Notes: a model not told the origin generated them from the sequence alone. A DNA stretch of 64,000 nt from Nitrosopumilus sp. (GCA_965249555.1 OZ252243.1:160001-224000); one strand, 5' to 3'. Positions 38,918-54,610 are shown, counted from the stretch's first letter. Numbers and translations: made by a program.

Positions 38918-39886
38918 TTAATCAATGGGATGAGTACGTGCATAATTATTTAATCTGTATATGTTTTCCATTATTGGAGTTTTGTTATTTATTGGAAGTT
39001 GTGATACTAGAAAAATTTCTATAATTGACTTTAAATCATTAGTAAGATAGTTTAATTCTTTCCCACCCTTGATAAGATATTCTTTATTTACATCACTTCC
39101 ATGCACATTATAATTTCTAGTGTTTACTATTTTGTCCACAAAATTATCTTTGTCAATACATTCTCTGATTTGTTCTGGACAAAGATCTAAAAACCACTTT
39201 ATCTTGTTTCTAAATTCTTCATGCTTTGCTTCAGTTGCATCATAAAATCTTTGTATTACATGTGTGTGTTCTGTAAACATTGTATGTAGTGACATGTCAC
39301 TCTCAAATATATTGAAAAAATCATACATTATTTCATATGTTTTGAACCATATTTCATTCCATTTTTGGATTATCTTCTCAAAATTATCTTTTAAATCATG
39401 GAATCGTATTACTCCATCATCTGTTATTTTTGGATTCTCGAGTCTGTTGTTTCTATGATAACGTATCAATCAGTAAGGATAATACTTGAAATTTTTTGAG
39501 TTCGTTGTAGTTCCCTTAATGTATTTTGGAAAAACTGGTTTACCCATACATAGTCTTAAAAAATGATTGATTTTAGATGTCTCATCATCTAATTCCATTC
39601 CAGATTCTGGTTCAATTTGAAAAAATTCGAATTGTGTTGTTTTTTGCTCCAATAAACTAAAACTGGATTCCATGGTTTGTCCTATTTTTAATTTTGTAGA
39701 CTCACTTATGTTCACTGTTTCATTAATCTTATAGAATACTCCATATGTATCATCCTCCGGGGTTTTACTCATGAATGGTCCCCAAACAAATACATCTCTC
39801 AATCTGATAAATTTACAATTGTAATTTCTCATACTAATAAAAATTTGAATATAAATAATGAATCTGATTTTTGGTTGTTTGGACAT
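38918..39886 (-). pseudogene. ApeA-like HEPN-domain protein split by an in-frame TGA
   Basis: Two abutting same-frame ORFs (TGA at 39470-39472); C-terminal RNYNVH (RxxxxH) motif. Confidence 0.65.
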
Positions 39887-39984
39887 ACATCTCTGTTTGA
39901 TCTAGTAGCGTAAAATCCAATAATAAAAGTGATCATTTGATCGAGTGTTTTTTATATCTAAAAAATTCATAATTTAATGTAAGG

Positions 39985-40800
39985 TTGATAATGTCTGATT
40001 CTAATAACTCAAAAACAGATATGGATCAAAACAAATCTAAAAATAATAGACAAACACCATTAAGTAGATTCTGGGCTTGTTTTTTCAGTTCTACAATTTT
40101 TGCGTTATTGTGGACAGGTAAAATGAAAAAGACCAGACAATGGATTCTTTTGTTTACTTTTTTTATTACAATATGGTTTGTCTTAGATTATATTTTGTAT
40201 CCGTTTTCAGATGATTCTGATTTTACTCTAGATAATGTTGTGGATCATTCATTTCGTATTGAACCGAATTATCATCTAGAGACATTTTTGAGTAGTATGA
40301 TTTATGACTATTTTCCCAACAGTGGGAATTTAGATGATATAATATTTTTAATATCTTTTTCATTGATTGTTTTGTATAACCTAGTAATTTTTATCGGTTC
40401 ATTGTTAATGATTGTTTATTTTATGTTAAAATGGACTACACAATACAATCTAGATAATTTCAACTACAAGTCAAAACGAGAATGGAAAAAAGCAAACATA
40501 CCACAACATAACATTACTGAAAAAATTAAAGAACATTCTAGCAATATATTTTCAAACATGAAGGACATTAGTAAAAAGACAAGTGCAAAGATACCATCTG
40601 AAAAAATTATAGAAACAAGTACAAAAACAGCAGAAAAAATTGCAGATACTGCAAAGAATCTAAAACCAAAAATTAAGATGAGTGAAAATGATAAAAGAAA
40701 CCAGATAAGAGAATGGCATGATATGATGACTTTGGGGATTATTACTGAATCAGAGTTTGAAAAGAAAAAAGAAGAATTTTTAAAAGCAAATAATGACTAA
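39985..40800 (+). CDS. Membrane protein with C-terminal SHOCT-like domain
   Basis: PLSRFWACFFS, KWTTQYNL, LGIITESEFEKKKEEFL; paralogue of 16733..17458. Confidence 0.75.
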   Translation: MIMSDSNNSKTDMDQNKSKNNRQTPLSRFWACFFSSTIFALLWTGKMKKTRQWILLFTFFITIWFVLDYILYPFSDDSDFTLDNVVDHSFRIEPNYHLETFLSSMIYDYFPNSGNLDDIIFLISFSLIVLYNLVIFIGSLLMIVYFMLKWTTQYNLDNFNYKSKREWKKANIPQHNITEKIKEHSSNIFSNMKDISKKTSAKIPSEKIIETSTKTAEKIADTAKNLKPKIKMSENDKRNQIREWHDMMTLGIITESEFEKKKEEFLKANND

Positions 40801-41302
40801 AGTTTGATCAAGATGAAATTAGTGTTATTATCTACATTGTCTATAATTTTAGTATGATACAAAGCCAACACAAAATAGTAAGGATGTTTAATTTGTCTTA
40901 CTTTACAGGAGAAGATTTGTATATCTTGATTTTTCATTTTTGGGATTAGTGATCATCGTTGTTTTGATCAGAGACAAATAAATGAGACATGGTATAATTC
41001 ATTCTCATTTTTAACCGATTTCTCAAATTATTCAAATGGAAAAAGCAAAGGATCTCATCATGTTTTGTTCATTGGAATGATTACAGAACAAATAAAAATC
41101 CCTAGCAAGATTCTATCTGAGTCATTTCTTGTTGGTGTTTTGTATCTGGCGGGAACACTATATCTGTATGAGAATGCAGTGAGACGAGGACTACCATATG
41201 TCCATTCGACTGTTCTAATGGTGTAATTATACATCATAAAGTCATGGATGAGAATTCCAAGTGACAGCACACTGCATTATTTTCTCTCAATCAAATGTAC
41301 CA

Positions 41303-41449
41303 ATGACAAATCACATAAAGTTTAAAGTATTCATCAAAAAAGACGAGAACGGGATGTTTGTATCAGAGGTTCCAGAACTTTCTGGATGCATATCTCAAGG
41401 AGACACAAGAGAATTGGCAACAACTAACATCAAGGATATGTATCCATAA
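41303..41449 (+). pseudogene. Truncated hicB copy
   Basis: MTNHIKFKVFIKKDENGMFVSEVPELSGCISQGDTRELATTNIKD, then stop. Confidence 0.8.
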
Positions 41450-41563
41450 AATAATCTTTTACCTTAACAAATTTCTTTTTATCTATTATTTTTCCATCAT
41501 TGTATTGTGTAGTTAGTTTGAAATGTAATTTCACTTTGGTTTCTAATTTGGACAATTTTTGAA

Positions 41564-41785
41564 TTATAATTTTTGATATGGTATGTTGTTTTCAGTTAAT
41601 TGGTTACATTGTTCATTTGATATTAGATAATCTGTTTTTGAAATTGCTGAAAAATGTTTACCTGATTCCATTAATACACCAACCATTGAAACTTCATTTT
41701 TTGGATCTACTCTGATTCTTCTATATGAAAAAGGATTGTCATTTTTTGCCATGGTTTGTATAATAAATGGTTTTTTATAAATCAT
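41564..41785 (-). CDS. Small hypothetical protein
   Basis: ORF, probable start at MAKND. Confidence 0.45.
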   Translation of the reverse strand: MIYKKPFIIQTMAKNDNPFSYRRIRVDPKNEVSMVGVLMESGKHFSAISKTDYLISNEQCNQLTENNIPYQKL

Positions 41786-42211
41786 ATAAATCCTGATTCT
41801 GTTGAGTTATAGTGATATGGTCTGTCTGGTTGTAGAGTTCAAAAGTTGAACTGGAATGCAGATTTATCAGACTCAATTCAAAACACCATAATAGACATTT
41901 TCTTAAAAAGCAGATCAAAGATTGTTCAAGTATTGGTTTAGTCAAATATTAATTCAAAGTTCAATTCGGAGAAAATTCACATTTCATAATTTATCCCGGG
42001 ATAACTTTACAGAACTTTTAATCACTACTATTTTATAATAAAACAAATTCTAAAATTTTAGAATGTCAAAAACATTAGCGTCGACTATGTTAATGGCAGT
42101 TTCTATAATTTTTGGAATTAATACAGTTTATGCAGAATATTGTAGAGTCGAATGGAGATTCCACTCATTGAACATAACGTAAATAATCTTAAACATATCT
42201 TGTATGATTAA

Positions 42212-42946
42212 ATGACTGCTTGTAATGATCCTAAATGCCCATTAAACAGGCAAGGCGTATCTCATGAAAATCATGATTCTATTGAAAGTAAGCCTATAAA
42301 AAATCCCTGTAATGATCCTCGATGTGCAATGAATAGAATGGGAATGAGCCATGAAACTCATGATGGACAGACAAACTATGAAGAACCAAAGCAACAAAAA
42401 CATGTAGAATACCAATTTGGTAGATCTCCTGTAAAAAGACAGACAAACTATGAAGAACCAAAGCAAGAAAAACCCCCAAAACAATCTAGTGATGAATTTC
42501 ATGGTTCAGCAGATGATGCATTACATGAATTAGGTAGGTTAGTTAACAAAGAGAATCCAAATAAACTATCCAGAGGGAAAATACTTGAAGAGAGAAGGAA
42601 GAGAGGAAGACAGCCAATAGAACAGGAAGCTCAAGAGGAAGTTAAACGTAGAGAAAACCTAAAACAAGAAAAAGTTTCTACAAAATCTAAAATATTTTCA
42701 CGTTCTAGTTCTGGTTTACCCTCAATTAATCAAATTTTACACAGCAGTAATCCTTATGAGACTTTTAACATAGAAGAAGAATCCACCTGTGATGATATTA
42801 AATCAAAATACAAAGAATTGAGTAAAAATTACAATGCAACTAGAGGAAGTGTCAACAGAACATCTGAGGAACAAGAACTATTAACTAAAACTCAAAGTAA
42901 AATAAACATCGCATACGACTTTTTAAGAAAAAAACATTGTGGATGA
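42212..42946 (+). CDS. Atypical J-domain protein (no HPD) with two N-terminal Cys/His repeats
   Basis: C-terminal NPYETFNI...DIKSKYKELSKNYNAT...INIAYDFL; N-terminal 2x CNDPxCxxNRxGxSHExHD. Confidence 0.75.
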   Translation: MTACNDPKCPLNRQGVSHENHDSIESKPIKNPCNDPRCAMNRMGMSHETHDGQTNYEEPKQQKHVEYQFGRSPVKRQTNYEEPKQEKPPKQSSDEFHGSADDALHELGRLVNKENPNKLSRGKILEERRKRGRQPIEQEAQEEVKRRENLKQEKVSTKSKIFSRSSSGLPSINQILHSSNPYETFNIEEESTCDDIKSKYKELSKNYNATRGSVNRTSEEQELLTKTQSKINIAYDFLRKKHCG

Positions 42947-45008
42947 CATGATTGTTTTAGGAATTGATTTAGGGACTAACAGATCTGCTGCTGCTGCAAT
43001 GATTGATGGTAAGATACAGCTTGTTTCATCTGCTGATACAAATTCTGCCGATACAGAACCATTTCATTCAGTTGTTTCATTTTTTGAAGATGGAGGTTGT
43101 CTTATTGGCAAACAAGCATTAGAACAAGCATCATACAATCCTAAAGGAACCATATTCAATGTTAAGAGATTAATGGGTTCTGGAGAAAGGGTTCAGGCTT
43201 TGAAGAAAAGCTATCTTCCACAGTTTATCTCAGCACTGCTAATCATGGAGATGAAGATAAAGGCAGAGAAATTATTCAAGCAAACAATCACTCAGGCAGT
43301 AATTACAGTCCCTGCCTACTTTAATGATAATCAGCGTCAGGCAACTAGAGATGCTGGAAAGATTGCAGGATTGAAGGTAATTCAGGTGTTAAATGAGCCC
43401 GTATCAGCATCAATTGCCTACGGCTTGAATAGATTGGAGGGACCAACAAAAATTCTTGTCTTTGATATGGGTGCTGGAACATTGGATGTATCAATTTTAG
43501 AAGTGGACAAAAATTTCTTTGAAGTATTGTGTACAACTGGTGATGTGAATCTTGGAGGAATTAACATCGATGAAATTATTTCAGAATTTCTTTTAGCAGA
43601 AATTTTAAAAATAAAACCTGGTGAAAAAATTGATGATCTCTCAAAATTACAAATTATGCAATTAGCTGAATCAATTAAAATTAAATTATCTGATGAGAAT
43701 GCCCTTGATTTTGTAGAAGATATTGCATTAACTGACTTGCATGTTGATTTGCCAATATCAATTAACAGAGATACATTTGACTCTATGATTGAACCCATAC
43801 TAGAAAAGTCTAAAATATGTATATTTGATGCACTAAAAGGTGCAAATCTAACTTCTGATGAAATTGATAAAGTGCTTCTAGTTGGCGGACCTGTTAAAAT
43901 TCCTGCAATTAGAAAAATGGTTTCAGATTTTATTTCTGAACCTGAATCAGACATTGATTCTACATTTACAGTAGCATCGGGAGCTGCAATTCAAGGTGCA
44001 GTACTATCTGATGATAAAAATTTGCCAGTTGCATATCAGAATCTAATATTGCTAAATAAAACACCATTAGACTTGGGAGAACACGCTAAGAAAAGTGGAG
44101 AGGACATTATTCAATTAATGATTCCAAAAAATACCACTTATCCTACTGAATTTACAGATGTGTTTTATGTAAACAAACCAATGCAGACTGAGGTTTCAAT
44201 TAGTATTTGGCAAGGTGATTTTGAAAAAAATCCCGGATTCCAAAACAATGTAAACATTGGGCAGTTTTGGTTACGGGGTTTACGAGAGGGAATAAAAAAA
44301 GAGATTGAAATAACATACAGAATAGATGGTGATGGAATAATTGTAGTTTCTGCATATGAAATAGAAGGGAATACCCATGATGAATTAGTTATAGATGAGA
44401 TGGGAAATTCAGTCATACCTCCACCAGAACTTGATTTTGCACATGAAGAAATTGAGAAAATTGAGAAAAAACGCAGACGAGACACAATGAGTCCATATGA
44501 AATTCCTGTGGATGATTACGAATTTGCATCACCAAACATATCTGCAGAATACTCTAAAGACTATGATTGGGTTTGTGGCAGTTTAGCCAAAGCAATTGAT
44601 ATTATTAAAACTCATCATAATCATCCAGAATACAGTCCCGAGTTTTTTAATACTGCAAGATTTGAAATATACCTGCAATTAGATATGCAGTATGCATATG
44701 CGTATATTCAATTAACAGGGGGACCCGTATATCCAATTCACATTCATAATGCTCTCAAAGAAGAATCAGAAGTGAATAAAAAAATCATGGTAGTAACACT
44801 GGTGCACGAATTACTACATGCAATACATCCTGATTGGGGACACAACAAAATACGTCCAGCAGAAAGAAGACTTGCAAATCTAGCAATGTATTTTGATGCA
44901 TACAGAGAGATGGAGATAAAATTTCTTAGTGGAAAAATGTCTTTGTGCAACAATACTATGACATCTAGAGATCAAAAAGTTAGAATTCAATGTAAGGATG
45001 AAGTTTAG
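42939..45008 (+). CDS. Hsp70/DnaK-like protein fused to a C-terminal HExxH zinc metallopeptidase
   Basis: GIDLGT, TVPAYFNDNQRQAT, NEP, FDMGAGTLDVS, LLVGG, linker ILLNKTPLDLG, SBD-beta; tail TLVHELLHAIHPDWGH. Confidence 0.85.
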   Translation: MDDMIVLGIDLGTNRSAAAAMIDGKIQLVSSADTNSADTEPFHSVVSFFEDGGCLIGKQALEQASYNPKGTIFNVKRLMGSGERVQALKKSYLPQFISALLIMEMKIKAEKLFKQTITQAVITVPAYFNDNQRQATRDAGKIAGLKVIQVLNEPVSASIAYGLNRLEGPTKILVFDMGAGTLDVSILEVDKNFFEVLCTTGDVNLGGINIDEIISEFLLAEILKIKPGEKIDDLSKLQIMQLAESIKIKLSDENALDFVEDIALTDLHVDLPISINRDTFDSMIEPILEKSKICIFDALKGANLTSDEIDKVLLVGGPVKIPAIRKMVSDFISEPESDIDSTFTVASGAAIQGAVLSDDKNLPVAYQNLILLNKTPLDLGEHAKKSGEDIIQLMIPKNTTYPTEFTDVFYVNKPMQTEVSISIWQGDFEKNPGFQNNVNIGQFWLRGLREGIKKEIEITYRIDGDGIIVVSAYEIEGNTHDELVIDEMGNSVIPPPELDFAHEEIEKIEKKRRRDTMSPYEIPVDDYEFASPNISAEYSKDYDWVCGSLAKAIDIIKTHHNHPEYSPEFFNTARFEIYLQLDMQYAYAYIQLTGGPVYPIHIHNALKEESEVNKKIMVVTLVHELLHAIHPDWGHNKIRPAERRLANLAMYFDAYREMEIKFLSGKMSLCNNTMTSRDQKVRIQCKDEV

Positions 45009-45289
45009 ACTAGATCATTATGGAATATTTTACAAAAATAACTGATGGATTACCAGATTACAATTTGCAAAAATTAAAACAGTACAATTGATCACTCCAA
45101 TGAGTTACAATTAGTCGTGTATGGTTTTCACTAGGTGGAATTTCAAATGATATCTTGCGCCATGAATAATGCATAGCTTACGCTACACATGATTAAAAAT
45201 GAAATCATCGTACAAGTCGTGTATATTTTCCACTTGATGAATTGAAAATAATCCATCGTGCATAGTCTCTATGTAAGTGGCTGAACCGA

Positions 45290-48275
<2,986 letters not shown>

Positions 48276-48426
48276 GCAAATTCAGCCACATATTACACGA
48301 CTATGCACGACGATCATTGCAAACCCCCTGGCAGGGGTCTGCTACATCCTTCATACAACACTTTCGTGATGTATTGCATCGATGATTTTGTGAAGATTAT
48401 GTACACCCGTACACTTTCCTTGTCTA

Positions 48427-49897
<1,471 letters not shown>

Positions 49898-50118
49898 CTG
49901 ATTTACTTGATTATTTTTTATTATTGAAGTACATTTTGTACTATATTGGAATTGACGGATGCACATAATCTTCACATTTCAGATATGATCTTTTGATCAA
50001 ATCCTCATTTTGTATGCGTAACTGGAGGCCCATGAATCATAACTTGGCATATTGCCATACTTCATCACGAGCGCCGCCTATTGCGTTACGTATGCAGAAG
50101 TTGAAGAAGGCGGAATCC

Positions 50119-50125
50119 ATATAAA
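50119..50125 (-). promoter_or_regulatory. Probable TATA box of the rRNA operon
   Basis: TTTATAT ~220 nt upstream of 16S, ahead of the GC-richer 5' external spacer. Confidence 0.5.
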
Positions 50126-50245
50126 CCATGCGTGAAATTATGCCTGATCGATGCAAAAAATTGAAAGAATTACAATAAAAACTAGGCATAAATGTATATG
50201 AAAAAGTAGTCTTGATAGTTAAAATGTTAGATTTTGTTTTGAAAG

Positions 50246-51541
50246 TTGCTTTTGAATTACATTTCTGAATACAAAAAGAAAACCAAAACATCTGCAAAGA
50301 TATTTGCAAAGTCTTCAAAACTTCATATTAATGGAGTAAGTCACAACATAAGATTCTATGAACCATATCCATTTGTTGTAAAATCATCTACAGGAAAAAA
50401 TCTCATCGATGTAGATAACAACAAGTATGCAGATTACTGGATGGGGCATTGGAGTTTGATATTAGGACATGGTCCAAAAAATGTCAAAGAATCTTTGAAA
50501 AAGCAGATTGAAAAAAGTTGGATGTATGGAACAGTAAATGAGCAGACAATAAAACTATCAGAATTAATTTCAAAAGCAGTTCCAGTTGCAGAAAAGATTC
50601 GTTACGTAACATCAGGTACTGAAGCTACAATGTATGCAGTAAGACTTGCGCGTTCAGTTACAGGTAGAAAAATTATTGCAAAGATTGATGGTGGATGGCA
50701 CGGATATACATCAGATTTACTAAAGAGTGTAAACTGGCCATTTACAGAATCAGAAAGCAGTGGAATAGTCAATGAAGAAAAAATCATCTCAATTCCGTAT
50801 AATGATTTGGAGAATTCTTTGAGGATTTTAAAAAAATATGCAAAGAATTTAGCAGGAGTGATTGTCGAGCCGGTATTAGGCGGAGGCGGATGCATTCCTG
50901 CCACTCAAGAATACCTCAAAGGAATTCAAGAGTTTGCTCACAAAAATAAATCACTATTTATTTTAGATGAGATAGTTACGGGTTTCAGATTCAGATATGG
51001 ATGTCTCTATCCAACGATGAAACTTGATCCTGACATTGTAACTCTAGGGAAAATTGTAGGAGGTGGAATGGCAATTGGTGTCATGTGCGGCAAAAAAGAG
51101 ATCATGGAATATGCAGATACTACGGATAAGAAAAAATCAGAACGCTCCTATGTAGGGGGCGGGACATTTTCTGCAAATCCCGCATCAATGACTGCAGGAT
51201 ATGCAACACTTGGTCATCTAAAATCAAAAAAATCAGTTTATTCAAAAATTAACTCACTTGGAAGATTCACCAGAAAAGAGATGAGTAAAGCATTTGATGG
51301 AAAAGTTGCAGTTACTGGAAAGGGGTCATTGTTTATGACTCACTTTCTAAAGGATGACATTACAGAAATTACAAATTCGGCACAGGCTGCAAAATGTGAC
51401 GGTGCAATGCTTGCAAATTATCATTTCAAGATGATTGCCCATGATGGAATATTCTTTTTGCCAGGTAAACTAGGGGCAATATCTGAGGCACATAGTAAAG
51501 AGGATATCAAGAAGATGATTAAAGCATCTGAGGATTTCTAG
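50246..51541 (+). CDS. hemL: Glutamate-1-semialdehyde 2,1-aminomutase (class III aminotransferase)
   Basis: [42 protein letters not shown]. Confidence 0.85.
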   Translation: MLLNYISEYKKKTKTSAKIFAKSSKLHINGVSHNIRFYEPYPFVVKSSTGKNLIDVDNNKYADYWMGHWSLILGHGPKNVKESLKKQIEKSWMYGTVNEQTIKLSELISKAVPVAEKIRYVTSGTEATMYAVRLARSVTGRKIIAKIDGGWHGYTSDLLKSVNWPFTESESSGIVNEEKIISIPYNDLENSLRILKKYAKNLAGVIVEPVLGGGGCIPATQEYLKGIQEFAHKNKSLFILDEIVTGFRFRYGCLYPTMKLDPDIVTLGKIVGGGMAIGVMCGKKEIMEYADTTDKKKSERSYVGGGTFSANPASMTAGYATLGHLKSKKSVYSKINSLGRFTRKEMSKAFDGKVAVTGKGSLFMTHFLKDDITEITNSAQAAKCDGAMLANYHFKMIAHDGIFFLPGKLGAISEAHSKEDIKKMIKASEDF

Positions 51542-51900
51542 ATATTACGATTTTGGAATTCATCTCTCCAAGAAATTAGTTGGTTAAAGACATCCACATG
51601 ATTTTCAGATTTTATTGTAATGTGAACATGGGCATAAAGTTCTTCAAATTGAGCCTCAAATATCAGAGTACACTCTTCTTTGAAAAAAGGCACTGTAATT
51701 CCAATTTTTTTAATAGAATTAAATTCAAAATTCTCAATTTGAATGGTTTTTTCTTTAATTGTAACTTGTCTCTTTTCTGGATTTTTGTTAATTGAATCAT
51801 CAATCTGTTTTTGTGTAGAATCATCCCAGATTGGAGAATCTTGAGGCCACCTATGCACATGAATTTTATCAGATAGATACTTTAGTTGAGAATCAGGCAA
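51538..51900 (-). CDS. Hypothetical protein
   Basis: 120-aa ORF filling the gap between core genes. Confidence 0.65.
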   Translation of the reverse strand: MPDSQLKYLSDKIHVHRWPQDSPIWDDSTQKQIDDSINKNPEKRQVTIKEKTIQIENFEFNSIKKIGITVPFFKEECTLIFEAQFEELYAHVHITIKSENHVDVFNQLISWRDEFQNRNI

Positions 51901-51978
51901 TAAACAGAGTCATTTCTAATTCAAATTAAGCATATCTTTGAAGATTCAGTTTTTATAAAATAAACAAGTCCAGAAAGC

Positions 51979-52098
51979 ATGGAAAAGAAAAAAGAAGGAA
52001 GAGAGGATTACGCTACAGATGACCCTACAGATACAACAGCCCAAGAGCAAGAAGAGATGTCAAGAGAGGCAATCAAAAAATTCAAGTCACTAGGATAA
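51979..52098 (+). CDS. 39-aa hypothetical protein
   Basis: MEKKKEGREDYATDDPTD...; strong TATA (ttttataa) ~25 nt upstream. Confidence 0.5.
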   Translation: MEKKKEGREDYATDDPTDTTAQEQEEMSREAIKKFKSLG

Positions 52099-52135
52099 GC
52101 CAAACTTTCATTAGCCATATCATTTTGTAGAAATT

Positions 52136-52957
52136 ATGGGACTATTTGGCTCAAAGGTAAGCTCTGAAGATTTAATGTATGATGCAATGTCTATGATGGA
52201 GCAAAATCAGCCAAAAGTAGCCATATCATTATTTAACAAAATTCTAAAACAAGACTCTGAAAATGTTTCAGCATTATTTAACAAAGGTTTAGCACTAAAT
52301 CAGAGAAAAAAATACACTGATGCAGTTACTTGTTTTGAGAGACTACTAGAGATCAATCCAAAAGACGCTCAAGCACTCAACAACAAGGGAATAGCAATGG
52401 CAGAGATGGGAAATATTCAAGCTGCTGCAGAATGTTATGACAAAGCAATAGAGGCAGATCCAAAAAATGCGGCATCTTATTTTAACAAAGGAGTGTTACT
52501 TGATAAATTACAAGAACGTGAAGAAGCAATAGAATTTTTGGACAAAGCAATATCCATAGAACCAAGAAAACCAAATGCAATGGTCTACAAAGGAATTGTA
52601 TTAGGTAAAATGAAAAAACATGAAGAAGCTTTGAACTGTTTTCAAAATGTTTGCAAAAAATATCCTAACAATCAGGATGCATTTTTTCAAAAAGGCATCC
52701 AATTAGCAGAATTGGGACAACATAAAAAAGCACTTGGGGTATTTGATGAGATTCTTGAAAAATTCAAAGACAATGTGAATGTCATTTATGCAAAATCACG
52801 AAGTAAAGCCGCATTAGGAATGTACCCAGAATCATTAGAATTACTAAAACTGGCAGTTTCTAAAAACCCCAAAGTAATCCGCGGATGGGCAAAAGAAGAA
52901 GAAATCTTTGAGCAATTACATGGAAATGACCAATTCAGAAAACTTGTAAAACTTTAG
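52136..52957 (+). CDS. TPR repeat protein
   Basis: Repeated NKG..L 34-aa units. Confidence 0.9.
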   Translation: MGLFGSKVSSEDLMYDAMSMMEQNQPKVAISLFNKILKQDSENVSALFNKGLALNQRKKYTDAVTCFERLLEINPKDAQALNNKGIAMAEMGNIQAAAECYDKAIEADPKNAASYFNKGVLLDKLQEREEAIEFLDKAISIEPRKPNAMVYKGIVLGKMKKHEEALNCFQNVCKKYPNNQDAFFQKGIQLAELGQHKKALGVFDEILEKFKDNVNVIYAKSRSKAALGMYPESLELLKLAVSKNPKVIRGWAKEEEIFEQLHGNDQFRKLVKL

Positions 52958-52963
52958 AACCAA

Positions 52964-53668
52964 TTACAGAATCTTTTTTCGTACTGCGTCTATACGAATA
53001 ATTCCAACTTTCTTTTTAGGACCAATTAGTCTTGCCTCAAAGAGTGGAACATAGACTTCGGTAATTTCACGCAAAATAAATTCCTCAGTTAGATCACGAA
53101 CATCTGTTTCCACAGGTCTTTTGAGTTGAGATTGAAGTTTCTCAATTGCAGCATCATTAGTTATTTCAGGTTTTTTGATATTTTGCTGGTTTTTTTCCAA
53201 GATTCGTTTGGGATAATTTTCAACAGTCTTTGAATTAATTTTAAATGGGAACTTTATTTCATGGCCATGATGATCAAATGCAAGTTCATCTTCTTCCTCA
53301 ACAAAAACATGTTCTTCTAATTTCAAATCAATTTTATTTTTTCCATGTTTTCCGGAAAGCGCCTTTGCAAATCCAGATTTAGAACGTATGAAGAATAGAC
53401 CCCCACCCAGCACTACATCCCGAATATTATAATTTACAGAAATTGTATGAGTTGCTTTCCGGTAATAATCAGCGATAAATTTTCCTGAAACCATTAAGAT
53501 ACATTCATGGTATAATTTCAATGAATGAACATGTACTTGTTCTTTTTTTGGACGTGAAAGCAGAGACTTGAAAGGGGTTGTTTTCTTTTGTTGAATAATT
53601 TCCATTGCCTCTGCTTCATCAATCTTTTTTCTTAGAACAACTGTCTTTACATCATTAGTCTTTGCCAA
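52964..53668 (-). CDS. Conserved hypothetical protein
   Basis: 234-aa ORF. Confidence 0.7.
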   Translation of the reverse strand: MAKTNDVKTVVLRKKIDEAEAMEIIQQKKTTPFKSLLSRPKKEQVHVHSLKLYHECILMVSGKFIADYYRKATHTISVNYNIRDVVLGGGLFFIRSKSGFAKALSGKHGKNKIDLKLEEHVFVEEEDELAFDHHGHEIKFPFKINSKTVENYPKRILEKNQQNIKKPEITNDAAIEKLQSQLKRPVETDVRDLTEEFILREITEVYVPLFEARLIGPKKKVGIIRIDAVRKKIL

Positions 53669-53755
53669 AACTACACAAAGTATACGATTCCATCTATTAA
53701 ACCAATTCGACTAGGAAAGAGATAATAGATTTGAAATGATTCAAACAAGGTAGGT

Positions 53756-54148
53756 ATGACAAAAAAAGGCGGTTATATTGAAAAATTGCTAAAAAAAGCA
53801 GACAAGGCACTTCAAGAAGGGGTCAAAAAAGCAGACAAGGCATTTCAAGAAGGGGTCAAAAAAGCAGATGATGTATTAGATAATGCAGTAGAGCTTGGAG
53901 TAATGACTGCAAAACAGGCTAGTCAGACAAGTAAAGAACTTCGAAATCATGCAAAAAAAGAAAGAGAGGCATTACAGAAAAGAGGAATTAAAAAACTAAA
54001 TGAAGGAATCACAGCTGCAAAAAATGTAACATCTAATACTCAAGAAGGCTTGGAGATACTAAAAAAACTTGGAAAGTTAAGAACTAATGGGGTTATTACA
54101 GAAAAAGAATTCCAGGCAAAGAAAAAGAAAATTTTGGATAGAATTTAG
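53756..54148 (+). CDS. SHOCT-domain protein
   Basis: LKKLGKLRTNGVITEKEFQAKKKKIL; 33-bp tandem duplication (KKADKA.QEGV). Confidence 0.8.
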   Translation: MTKKGGYIEKLLKKADKALQEGVKKADKAFQEGVKKADDVLDNAVELGVMTAKQASQTSKELRNHAKKEREALQKRGIKKLNEGITAAKNVTSNTQEGLEILKKLGKLRTNGVITEKEFQAKKKKILDRI

Positions 54149-54149
54149 T

Positions 54150-54605
54150 ATGAAAAAATCAAATATTTTTGGATCAGGAGATAAAAGAACAGTAAACCCA
54201 AATTGGTTTACAAATAAAACATGGATGAAGGTTCTCTCAGAGAAAATAAAAGCAAAGGACCAAGACATCTATCATGTTCATTTTGAGCGAGGAGCCAGAA
54301 CCAAACTTCATGCACATAACGGAAATCAAGTATTAATTGCAACAAAAGGGGATGGAAGCCTTGAGATTTTTCGAAGATATGGCTCAAGTAAAACTAACTT
54401 TAAGATAAAAAGAACAGAGAAGATCATCCTCAAAGAAGGAGACATGGTACACATTCCGGCAAAAACATATCACACCCATGGCTCAATTAATAAAAAGAAA
54501 ACATTTTCCCACATTGCAATAAACATCTTGCCTAAAAAAAATGCAATATACAAAACAGTATGGTATGAATCAGATTTTAAAACCAAAGTATCAGAAATCA
54601 TTTAG
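54150..54605 (+). CDS. Cupin-domain protein
   Basis: LHAHNGNQVL...GDMVHIPAKTYHTHG. Confidence 0.85.
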   Translation: MKKSNIFGSGDKRTVNPNWFTNKTWMKVLSEKIKAKDQDIYHVHFERGARTKLHAHNGNQVLIATKGDGSLEIFRRYGSSKTNFKIKRTEKIILKEGDMVHIPAKTYHTHGSINKKKTFSHIAINILPKKNAIYKTVWYESDFKTKVSEII

Positions 54606-54610
54606 GCAAT

